A stretch of 63,511 nucleotides of DNA, filler included. It is 8 parts of 8 records of this genome, joined end to end, with 100 filler letters (N's around TTAATTAATTAA, not from the genome) between each part and the next. Parts side by side here need not be neighbours in the genome. Positions count along the whole stretch, not along the records: positions 15,311 to 23,256 come from SRR31147125_1816; positions 23,357 to 35,045 come from SRR31147125_1826; 6 more parts are not named here. One strand, written 5' to 3'. The notes beneath the pieces were generated by a model. That model was not told the origin of the DNA. It saw nothing but the letters and a program-made list of their open reading frames with translations, and did no database searches. Below, in pieces: positions 21,647 to 31,596 of the stretch; the stretch's first letter is position 1, and each line of letters starts with the position of its first letter. The translations under genes were made by a program, and so were the position numbers.

Positions 21647-22566
21647 TGGACTATAGTAATCCTACAATATCAGTAATTACTTTAACAAGAAATCGGGCAA
21701 AGATTTTACCAAGAGCAGTTAATAGTGTTTTAAATCAAACTTATAAAAATTTTGAATATATCATTATAGATGGAGCTTCAACAGATGGTACTGAAGAAGT
21801 ATTAAGAAAATATAATGATAAAAGAATCAAATATATAAAACAAGATGTGAATTTGTGGCCACCATTATCAATTGACCAGGCATTTGAAATTGCAGAAGGT
21901 CAGTACATTACTTTTTTAGATGATGATGATGAATATTTACCTGAAAAACTGGAAAAACAATTAGCAAAAATACAAAATTCCCCTCAAAATGTTGGTATGG
22001 TTTATTGTTGGATGGACTATTATGATAATAACACTAATAAATTGCTTAGAATGAACCATGAAACAAGAAGTGGAAATATTTATTATGACTTGATTGAAAA
22101 AGCTGTTGTGGAGGTACTCCGACATATCTATTTAAAAGAGAAGCTTTTGCGAAGGTGGGGGTGGAGTAAAACATTAAAACACCTCTGATTGGGAAATGAT
22201 TTGTAGATTTAGTCAAAAATACGAAATAGATGTAATACCTGAAGTTTTAGTTAAAGTTTATATAAATCATGGCCATTTAAGGCAGTCAGATTTTGTATTT
22301 GATAGAAAAAAATTTTGGATAGAATTAATTTTCATAATCATTTTCTTACTGAATTTAAAGATGGATTTAATTTATTTCCCCAAAAGCAAGTTTATCATTT
22401 AATTAGTCTTATGCGATATTATTCTATGCTCGGTGAACTAAGTAAGACATTTTATTATGCTTTTAATATATTATATCTCGAACCTTTTTCTGTACATAAT
22501 TATAATAAAATAATTAAGAGCACAATAAGATCATTTGGGCGGAAAATAGTAAATAATATTCATTGA
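21646..22566 (+). CDS. Glycosyltransferase family 2 (several frameshifts between about 22100 and 22320)
   Basis: ISVITLTRNR, SVLNQTY.NFEYIIIDGASTDGT, FLDDDD; downstream pieces in other frames continue the protein. Confidence 0.8.
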
Positions 22567-23256
22567 AATTTGTGATTACTATGTATCAAATTATTGCATT
22601 ATTTTTATTAGCTACAAGTTTTTTGGGTAAATTTAAAAAGGTTTTCCCTTTTTTTGTTGCATTATTTTTTGGTTTCAATATCTACTCTGATTTGTGGGCT
22701 ATTAAAATTGGAGGGATGTATTTAGAAATATGCTATTTAATATCTTTTGTATTTCTTATTAAAGCAATAATACTTTTTAAAAATGATATGCGCAATAATA
22801 TCGCAAAAATACTCTTTTACATGGTGATTATTAATTTTATTTATATAGTTATACGTTGGCTTCTTGATGATTTAGATGTGATTTCTGTTTACAAGTTTTC
22901 TCGCACTTTAATTTTGCAGTCATATATTTTTGTTGCTTTTATTTATTGTATGCGATATGACTATAATAAATTAATTTATTATTTTTTTATAGGATCATGG
23001 ATCCACATTATTGTAGTAATATTAAATACTTTCAAAGAAGATCTTGGTTTTTATAGTTTTCATAATGCAACATTAGGAATTGCTATTGGATATATCGTTG
23101 CATATAACTTAATATTTTTAAAAAATGTAAATACATTTTATTTTAAAAAATTATTTTATTATTTAGGTTTTATGAGCATTTTTCTACCGTTATTAGGGAT
23201 GGGGCGAAGTGCAATAATTGGTAGCTTGATTCCTTTTATTCTCTACAATAAAAAAA
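22563..23256 (+). CDS. Polytopic membrane protein, O-antigen polymerase/ligase-like (3' truncated)
   Basis: Very hydrophobic and AT-rich; GRSA motif; position in a wzx/GT locus. Confidence 0.6.
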
Positions 23257-23356
23257 NNNNNNNNNNNNNNNNNNNNNNNNNNNNNNNNNNNNNNNNNNNN
23301 TTAATTAATTAANNNNNNNNNNNNNNNNNNNNNNNNNNNNNNNNNNNNNNNNNNNN
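23257..23356. other. Artificial contig spacer
   Basis: N44-TTAATTAATTAA-N44. Confidence 0.98.
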
Positions 23357-24868
23357 AGGAATTAAACCATTTGCTTTACTTTTTATATAACTTAAATTAT
23401 CATCTAACTTTATTTTGATGAACTGTAAATCTGTGATAACTGTATTTACGGCCATTATTTGTCTAGCAATATGAGCTTCTTTTACATGTAGCCAGCCCAT
23501 TTTTCCAACACCAGAACCTTTACAAGTAAAAAGTAAGTCTCCTCTGTATGCTATTGATTTAGGATTATCAGTCCACCGACCGATAATAACTTTTTCATTT
23601 TGCAAATGACTTGCTCCTGTAATATACGGTAAACCTATTTCCTGTTCATCAGAGTATTCTCTTGGTGTTAAATCTTGACCAGATTTCAAAGTAATCACGT
23701 CCCCCAACCTGCACCAAACCCACCCATCAGGCAACACATAAGGAATTTCCTCTGCTGTAATTTCAGGCAAAGGTTTTTCCTTTTTGATTTTTTTCTCTTT
23801 TATGAGCTGTTCTTTCTCGGCTTTTATTTTTTCTAAAAGAACGGATGCCGATTCGATACCCCCTCTGCCTGCGGCATCTCCCCCTAAAGGGTGAGAAAGG
23901 CGCCAATGAGAAGTCAATTTGCCCTGTACTGCTAATTGCAGAATGCTTTCACGTAGTTTTTTAACGGCATCTTTGGTATTGAAAAAAGCTTTAAAGTGCT
24001 GTTGTAAAAATGCCCATTCTCCATTTGCTTCTTTGGCTTCTGCCAGTTGCTTTAAAGCAGAAGTGACAAAATCTTCTTTTAGCTTAACACGCTCTTTGGT
24101 TTGGGCTTCAAGTTCTTCTACTTCCTTAAACAATTGGTTGACTGTGGCAACAATGGCGCGTTGTTCTTCGAGGGGAGGGATTGGAATAATCCCACTTAAA
24201 AGATTGCTATCATTTATTGCAGGGTAAGCTACACCTTTCATACAGCTTTCTACATAATCTATAAAAAAACGAGAACGGAGAACGTGATAAAGAAATAATT
24301 CAGAATAGCCTGCTACTGGTTTTAGGATTGCAAAAGCAGTACTGGCGATAGCTTCATTTTCAAATTCCCTATTGATAATTGCTATATTCAATAAGTATGG
24401 TCTTACTGTTGAGTAAATTACACAACCCTTTTGAATAATCTTTCTGGCCCGAGATGGAGCCTCTGCTGCTTGAATTATATTTAGAGAATTATTGATAACT
24501 CCCAAGGAATTGTCAATTGATGCCACATCAATATATTCAAATTCATTATCTGGTTTTTTTTGTCCAAAATTATGTGTCAATGTGCCAAGCCTAATCCATT
24601 CCCAAGTTTTAGGCAACACAAAAGGAATTTCATCCTCCGAAATTTCAGGTAGCACCTTCTCCTTTTTTATCTTCTTCTCCTTAACCAATTGCTCTTTCTC
24701 GGCCTTTATCTTTTCCAATAAAACCGAGGCAGGCTCCACATTAGGATTTTGCTCACGCCATTTTTGCGTCAACTTACCCTGAATAGCCAATTGCAATATC
24801 AGCCCTTTAAGTTCTTGAGCGTTTTTAGGGTGTATGGTGAGTTCTTTAAAATGTTCTAGTAGTTGCAT
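23357..24868 (-). CDS. hsdS: Type I R-M specificity subunit (3' truncated)
   Basis: Two conserved repeats ILQLA(I/V)QGKL...ASVLLEKIKAEK...IP..LP..W.W.RLG flanking TRDs; IPPLEEQ. Confidence 0.93.
23859..23896. repeat. REP-like palindromic element inserted in frame in hsdS
   Basis: GC-rich CCCCCTCTGCCTGCGGCATCTCCCCCTAAAGGGTGAGA with two hairpins; encodes SHPLGGDAAGRGG, absent from the paralogous first repeat. Confidence 0.65.
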
Positions 24869-24878
24869 TTGTTATAGT

Positions 24879-24906
24879 GTTGAGACGCGATGAATCGCGT
24901 CTTTAC
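24879..24906. repeat. GTAG-type REP-like hairpin between hsdM and hsdS
   Basis: GTTG-AGACGCGAT-GA-ATCGCGTCT-TTAC; overlaps the hsdM stop codon. Confidence 0.6.
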
Positions 24907-26336
24907 CGGAGGGCTTCGGTTAGTACATTAATAATTTCGTCTTGTATGCTGCTGATTTTGCTTTCGCTTCTGCGGAATTGTTCCAGAATTACTTCAGGAC
25001 TGGCTAAATCGTTGCTTTCCTGATGTGGGTTTTTTATATCCAGATTAAAATTGCGGCTTTTTATTTCATCGGCTGATACTTTCCATGCATGTTTGGCATA
25101 TTTCTCGTTTTCGCGATCTGTCCACCATGCTTTTTCTAAATCGAACTCTTTAATGTTAATGGGCTTGCCCTTGTTATAGCTTTTTACGCCATTAGGATAA
25201 GGGTGTTCAAAATACCAAATGTCTTTAGTGGGTGTTCCTTTCTCGAAAAACAAAAGGTTGGTTTTAATACCTGTGTAGGGATTGAATACCCCATTGGGCA
25301 ATCGTACAATGGTATGCAGATTACAACGTTCCAGCAGTTCTTCCTTAATGCGTGTTTTTACCCCTTCGCCAAATAAAGTACCATCGGGCAAAACTACAGC
25401 ACATCGTCCGCCATCTTTAAGTAAACGAATAATGAGTGCTAAAAACAAATCGGCTGTTTCTTTGGTGCGGAACTTTTGCGGAAAATTAGTTTCTGTTCCA
25501 TCTTCTTCCACACCACCAAATGGAGGATTGGTCAATACAATGTCTAATTTATCTTGCTCCCCAATCGCTGTACGGTTTGCTCAATAAGTTATCGCGCCTT
25601 ACGGCAGGTACATCAAAACCATGCAGCATAAGGTTGGTGGTGCAAAGCAAGTGAGGCAAAGGTTTTTTCTCTACCCCGTTAATTGAAGTATGAAACGTTT
25701 TACGTTTTTCTGGCGTGTTTACCTGTTCTTTCAGATGGTCGATACTGCAAACTAAGAAACCGCCTGTACCGCAAGCTGGGTCTAAAATACTTTCGCCCAA
25801 TTGCGGATTGGTAATATCCACCATAAACTGCGTTACCGCTCTTGGCGTATAATACTCACCCGAAGAACCTGCACTTTGCAGTTCTTTAAGAATAGTTTCG
25901 TAAATGTCGTTAAACAGGTGTCGCTCATTGGTATTGTTAAAATCAATTTTGTTAATCTCGTTTACTACCTGACGGAAAAGTGTTCCGTTTTTCATGTAGT
26001 TATACGTGTCTTCAAATACCGAACGAATAATTTTAGCCTGTGGGCTAATGGTAATATCCATTTCCTTGAGGGCAGGAAACAGTTCGTTGTTCACGAAATC
26101 CATTAGTTGGTCGCCTGTTAATCCTTCGTCATTGGCTGCCCAGCTATCCCATTTAAAGTTATCGGGTATTGGGCTTGCGTAATCATCTATGGTAATTTCC
26201 CATTCTTCTTCCTTATCCGAAAAATCTTCATGAATAACATCCACACCATTTGCGATATGCGCTGCGCGTCTCCGTCTACTCCCGTATCTTTCCGCATAAT
26301 ATCGCGGATGGCTTTTATGTTTGTTGTAATTGACAT
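24903..26336 (-). CDS. hsdM: Type I R-M N6-adenine methyltransferase (frameshifts near 26225 and 25555)
   Basis: MSITTNIKAIRDIMRKDTGVDGDAQRISQ start; GEYYTPRAVT, ILDPACGTGGFL, TNPPFGG, VFNPYTGIKTN. Confidence 0.93.
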
Positions 26337-27539
26337 TTAATGATTTTCAAATTCCTTTTTAATTAATAGAAGCTCCTCTCTATGTTTTATAAATGCGCTT
26401 TCCACTTTTTCAATAATAGGAATATATTCTTCCAACATTGCGTCTAATTTCAGTTCTTGCTCAGCTCCCCAATTTTCCATCATTTTCTCTAAAGCCCAAT
26501 TTTTTGTCTCCACAAAATGACACTTCCATTTTTCTCCTATACTTTTACTAGCACCATCCACAGATCCGATAACTTCAACAAGTTTTTCATCATACTTTAA
26601 AAATCCTTTAGGAGGAGTAATTACCGTTCGGAATGTAAACTTTTTAGCCGTATGAAAATCATACTCAAACAAAAAAGCCTCTTTTTCCGGCCAACCATTA
26701 TACATGTTATATTTAAGTATAAACTCCTTTGTTTTAGGCGTATAAAAACGCACAAAACCCTTATTATTAGATCCAATTCCCCAACCTCTATCCTTGACCT
26801 TTTCTTTAAGCAGATTGGTGAAATTTACAATGAAATCGGGTTTGTTTTCCCAAACAAAATCAAATAATTCTTTATGATTCTTGTATAATTCAACAGCCCA
26901 TTGGTTGACATTATCATTTTTCATTAATACCTGCTTTAATGTTGTTATGTAATCTTGTATATAGGTCAATATGGTGTCATTCATCCTATGCTGCCTAACA
27001 TCAATAATAACCTCCAAAATTTCTATAATCTGGGAATATCCTAAATTGATGTATATATCATGAATAGAAGCCTTTTCGCCATAAGGAGTAAGAAATACAA
27101 ATGATTTTTCATGTTCAGGAAAATGCTTTTCTACAGTATCTTTGTATTTCTTGAGTTGATGCTTACTTTCCTTCGCCCAAATTTTATTTTCTATGCTTAC
27201 TACAAAAGTTTTGGTAATAATTAACAAGTCAATGTTATTCCATTCTCGTCTTACTTCGACATCTTTTGTGTCAATTTTGGCAAGTTCAAATATTGAATTA
27301 CCTCCACTTCTGCTATCCAATAAAACTTCCTTTAAAAATTGAGTAAGGAAAAGGTCGTTAAGTTCATGAGATTCATTCGGATTAAGTAACCATGCTAAGA
27401 AATTAGAATGCCTTAATTCGTTATTACTCATACCTAATATCTTGAAGATATTGGGTTTATTAATATCTAACAATAAACGATCATAATACGGATCTGCCAA
27501 AAGGTTAGCATATAATCTTTTTAAGTTAGCCTCTTCCAT
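26337..27539 (-). CDS. PD-(D/E)XK superfamily nuclease (PDDEXK_4-like) with an extra C-terminal domain
   Basis: ELRHSNFLAWLLNP, VRREWNNIDLLI, IENKI, QLKKY, FVFLTP. Confidence 0.85.
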   Translation of the reverse strand: MEEANLKRLYANLLADPYYDRLLLDINKPNIFKILGMSNNELRHSNFLAWLLNPNESHELNDLFLTQFLKEVLLDSRSGGNSIFELAKIDTKDVEVRREWNNIDLLIITKTFVVSIENKIWAKESKHQLKKYKDTVEKHFPEHEKSFVFLTPYGEKASIHDIYINLGYSQIIEILEVIIDVRQHRMNDTILTYIQDYITTLKQVLMKNDNVNQWAVELYKNHKELFDFVWENKPDFIVNFTNLLKEKVKDRGWGIGSNNKGFVRFYTPKTKEFILKYNMYNGWPEKEAFLFEYDFHTAKKFTFRTVITPPKGFLKYDEKLVEVIGSVDGASKSIGEKWKCHFVETKNWALEKMMENWGAEQELKLDAMLEEYIPIIEKVESAFIKHREELLLIKKEFENH

Positions 27540-29904
27540 TATGCGATTCTATAAATTTCGTTTTCCAATTCTTTTATCGCTTGTTCAAAATCTTTCTTTT
27601 TACCAAATGCCCGTACAAGCTCAACAGGCGATCCTATTTCATTTAAGGGCTTCACACCTAAAACAGAACCTTTTTCTATAGAAACAATGCCTTCGTCTTC
27701 ATATTTATCGAGCAAACTATTTAACACATTTTGAGCCTTTTCGCTGTATTTGCCAAAATAGTTTCGTTTCCGAACATTATTTGCGCGTTCTTTCCGCGTT
27801 AATGCCGGTTGGTCGAACGCCACATGGCAAACTAAATCGAATGCATCCATGTCTTTGCTTACCTCTTCACGAAGGGCTTCCAAAAGTATTCCTTGTTCTG
27901 CTAATTCAGCTATTATTTCCTCTTTTTTATCTGAGTTTTTCCATTTTTGGATAAAAGTATCTAACGAGACAAATTCTTTCTTTATATTATTATAGTGTAG
28001 TCTTTCAACGATTCGGTTATTAACTTGCCATCCTTACCATAATACTGCACACGTTCGTGGGCAACACGTACCGGTATATTGTTCACATAATACTTTCGGG
28101 GTTCTGTTTCTTGTTCATCATCCCAGCCCACATCGGGCGGATTAACTTCTGAACCTGAAGCTTGTACTGTTTCACCGTCAGTTTCCGGAGCATCATCTTC
28201 CGGCGGCACAACATGCTCTCCCGGTTCAGGATTGTAAATTTGAACAGGTTCTCCGTCAAAATCAGGATCGGCAAATAAGTTGGTTGCCTGCCTGAAGTCC
28301 ATTATTGAAAAATAAACCTTTCCTTCCGTCTCGCGAATACGGGTACCACGTCCAATAATCTGCTTAAACTCGGTCATCGAGGCGATGTTGGCTTCCAATA
28401 CCACTACCTTAACCATTTTAGTATCGATACCGGTGGTTAACATTTTCGATGTTGTTGCAATTACCGGGAACCGTTCTTCCACATCAGTAAAATTGTCGAA
28501 TTCCTGCTTCCCGACTTCATCGTCGCCGGTTATTTTAACCACGTAGTTCGAATGTTTGGCAACCAAATCGGCATTTTCGTTAATTAAAGCCATTCGCATA
28601 CGATTGGCATGGTCTATATCAACACAAAACACGATGGTTTTAGAGAACCTTCCGGTAGCTTTAAGGTATTCGCTTACCTTTTGTGCAACAAGCTGTGTAC
28701 GTTCATCTATTGCCAGTTTTCGGTCGTAATCTCTCAGGTTATAAATGCGGTCGACAATTTCATTACCATATTTATCGCGCATCCCGGCTGTTGGTCGCCA
28801 ACCATCATCAACTGTAGTTGAAATGCGTATAACTTTATAAGGCGCCAAAAAACCATCCTCAATACCTTGTTTTAGTGAGTAAGTATAAACAGGTTCGCCA
28901 AAGTATGCAATATTAGAAACGTCGCGGGTTTCTTTAGGAGTTGCGGTCATACCGATTTGCGTAGCAGACGAGAAGTAATCCAAAACCTCTCGCCAGGCCG
29001 ATGCTTCCGAAGCACTTCCCCGGTGACACTCATCAATTACAACCAGATCAAAAAAATCAGGACTAAATTCTTTGTAAGCATTTTTCCACTCTTCGTTCCC
29101 GGTTAACCCCTGGTAAAGGGCAAAATATATTTGGTACGACTTATCTATCTTTCTATGCTTTATAATGTGCATAATATCGTTACCAAAGGGCGAGAAATCT
29201 CCGTTTTTGGTTTGCGTTAACAAGGCATTTCGATCGGCAAGAAAAAGAATGCGTTTTTTTACCCCGGCTTTCCACAACCTCCAGATAATATTAAAAGCGG
29301 TGTAAGTTTTACCGGTACCGGTTGCCATAACCAACAAAATCCGGTCTTGCTGCCGGGCAATTGCTTCTACCGTTCTGTTTATTGCATTTTGCTGATAATA
29401 CCTTGGACTCATACCACTATCATCGGTATAATATTCCTGCTCAACAACCTTCCTGGCTTCTGTCTCTTCAATTCTGGCAAAGCTTAAATATTTACGCCAC
29501 AATTCACCTGGCGAAGGAAACGATTCTAAACCAACCTCCTTTTCTATTTCGCCGGAATTGACTGTTCTATCATGAAAAACAAACGAATCTCCATTGGAAG
29601 TAAACACAAACGGAATGTGAAGAATTTCGGCATATTCCAAAGCCTGTTGCATACCATCGCCAACCTTATGATTGTTGTCTTTAGCTTCAACAATGGCAAT
29701 TGGGACATTGGGTTTATAATAAAGTATGTAATCTGCCCTTTTCTGTCTTCCCCGGGTATGCACCCTGCCTTGTACTATAATACGACCATCGGTGAACGAT
29801 ACTTCTTCGCGTATTTGCTTTTTAATATTCCAACCAGCTTTTTCAATAGCCGGAGTAATATACTTCGTGCAGATGTCTCTTTCTGATAGTTGTTTTTTGT
29901 TCAT
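27539..29904 (-). CDS. hsdR: Type I restriction subunit R, EcoAI/EcoEI-like (frameshift near 27990)
   Basis: LSERDIC.KYITPA, ADYIL..AIVEAK nuclease; MATGTGKT, DECHRG, GMTATP, FKQIIGRGTR; C-terminal DAFDLVCHVAFDQPALTRKERA. Confidence 0.95.
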
Positions 29905-29983
29905 GTCAGGTTAAGGTTTACACTACAGTATTGTATTCATAGGTTCAGCAAATAAACAAAACTTCTTCTGAAATATTATTCCA

Positions 29984-30049
29984 TGAAATGATTTCGATTT
30001 CGAACATCTAAATTAATAAAAATGAAATACGAATGTTCAAAAGGGTGTT
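29984..30049 (-). promoter_or_regulatory. Copy 1 of a ~66-bp imperfect direct repeat containing a Bacteroidota-type promoter (upstream of hsdR)
   Basis: TGAAATGATTTCGATTTC...TGTTCAAAAGGGTGTT; the minus strand reads TTTG-N22-TAATTTAG. Confidence 0.55.
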
Positions 30050-30248
30050 ATTTATTGGGGAAAGAAGGCATTTGTAGTAAAGGAAATGGAAGTGTTATCA
30101 TTATGGTAAACAACAAGATTTCTTATTCCTAATTATTTTGAAATTCCGATCTGAACCACTCAGAAATAGGTGACACCAAATGAACCAGAATAGCCAAACA
30201 CCTATACAATCCACGCTAACCGATGTTCTAATACATCATAAAAAGACT

Positions 30249-30791
30249 TTACAAAATGCAATGCCTAAGAATATCTTTTATTGAAAGTTGAAAGTGAGGT
30301 TTATCTACAAGTCTTGTCCAGTCTCCACCCCAAACCAAACCATGTTTCTTCCCTATACTTCCAATTTCATTCCATCGTTTAGATTTCCAATTAGGATTTC
30401 CATTCTTGTACTCAACAACATCCACAGCCCAACCATAGTTATGATATGACAATCCTGCAGGAGCATTGGTTATAATGCTTCCTTTAATTGTTCTCCCTTG
30501 ATTATAATATTTTTGTTGCGTTGCTATACTTCTATAGCCAACAACCACTCTCAAGTCAATTCCATTTGAATTAGCCTCATTTATAACCTTATTTACTTTT
30601 TCGTATAAAAGTGGATGAACGCCATATTTGTTATCATAGGCTTTTGTTTTTCCTATTGCTTTAAATACTGTTGTCGCAGTAATTCCAGCTCCTTTCATTG
30701 CAGTTGCAGGAGAATAGATATAGACTCCAACCACTAAAACAACTAAAATTAATGAACAAATTATACTCCACTTAAATAATTTTCTTAGCAT
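30249..30791 (-). CDS. M15 family peptidase (L-Ala-D-Glu peptidase, CwlK/endolysin-like) with an N-terminal membrane anchor
   Basis: GYRS...Q...Y.QGRT...IITNA..GLSYHNYGWAVD, GLVWGGDW...DKPHFQ. Confidence 0.9.
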   Translation of the reverse strand: MLRKLFKWSIICSLILVVLVVGVYIYSPATAMKGAGITATTVFKAIGKTKAYDNKYGVHPLLYEKVNKVINEANSNGIDLRVVVGYRSIATQQKYYNQGRTIKGSIITNAPAGLSYHNYGWAVDVVEYKNGNPNWKSKRWNEIGSIGKKHGLVWGGDWTRLVDKPHFQLSIKDILRHCIL

Positions 30792-30883
30792 AAGTTTGGT
30801 TTTAAAAATAATTACGATTCACTATTTATATGACCGCATTTTGTTATAACACTCATTTGGAACTTTTAAATTTAAAAAATTGC

Positions 30884-30951
30884 TGAAATGATTTCGATTT
30901 CTAATAACTAAATTCATACAAATAAAATATAATTGTTCAAAAAAGGGTGTT
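30884..30951 (-). promoter_or_regulatory. Copy 2 of the direct repeat (upstream of the M15 peptidase)
   Basis: TGAAATGATTTCGATTTC...TGTTCAAAAAAGGGTGTT, exactly 900 bp from copy 1. Confidence 0.55.
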
Positions 30952-31596
30952 TAATAATGAAAATTGGTATTTGTTATTGAAAGTCTCCCCATTTCTTTTG
31001 AAAACTTGTACAATTCATTATAAGAAACCCAATTATAATCACGAATAATAATTATATATTTAAACGTAAATAAAGTGTATGATTCCTTAATTATATCAGG
31101 AAGAAACACTATGCCTCATATTTCAACACAATTAGAAACGATGATATTTCCTATTCATTACAAAAATTAATAAGACACTTCTATAAATAAAGGATTGCTA
31201 AATATCATTGCTCTTCTTGTGGTTGTTTCCTTCGTAATTTTGGGAAGTTCAAGAAGAAGGTTCCATTCTTCAAAGTTTTGGTTAAGTATATGAGCCTTAT
31301 TCTTTGTTCCGGGACTTTTGGTTATATTTTGGGAAGGAATTATAATACACAACGAATTATGCTAAGTATAAAAATTAGTAAATTGCAGGTTTACACAAGG
31401 TGTTTTTTGACAGGGATTGATTTTGAAAAACTGCAAAGATCTGCGTCAGGTGGAGAATCACTGGCTACGTATTACAAAATTTGAAAATATTTAGAACAGC
31501 ACTGTGATAAAATATTTGCTTTGCTTAACTTTAACTGAATGAAACTTAAAATGCAATTACATTCGGTAATTTAATAATGAGCGAAATACCCTTATA

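Noticed and set aside
24903-29904. Phase-variable or pseudogenised R-M system
   Set aside because: The breaks cannot be told apart from the window-wide indel noise; there are no long SSR tracts or invertase.
30792-30850. Integron cassette boundary (GTTATAAC) before the M15 peptidase
   Set aside because: No recognisable attC hairpin or integrase; the motif is too short.
30960-31596. Small ORFs between the peptidase and the GH-GT2 gene
   Set aside because: Short, AT-rich and without recognisable motifs or ribosome-binding context.
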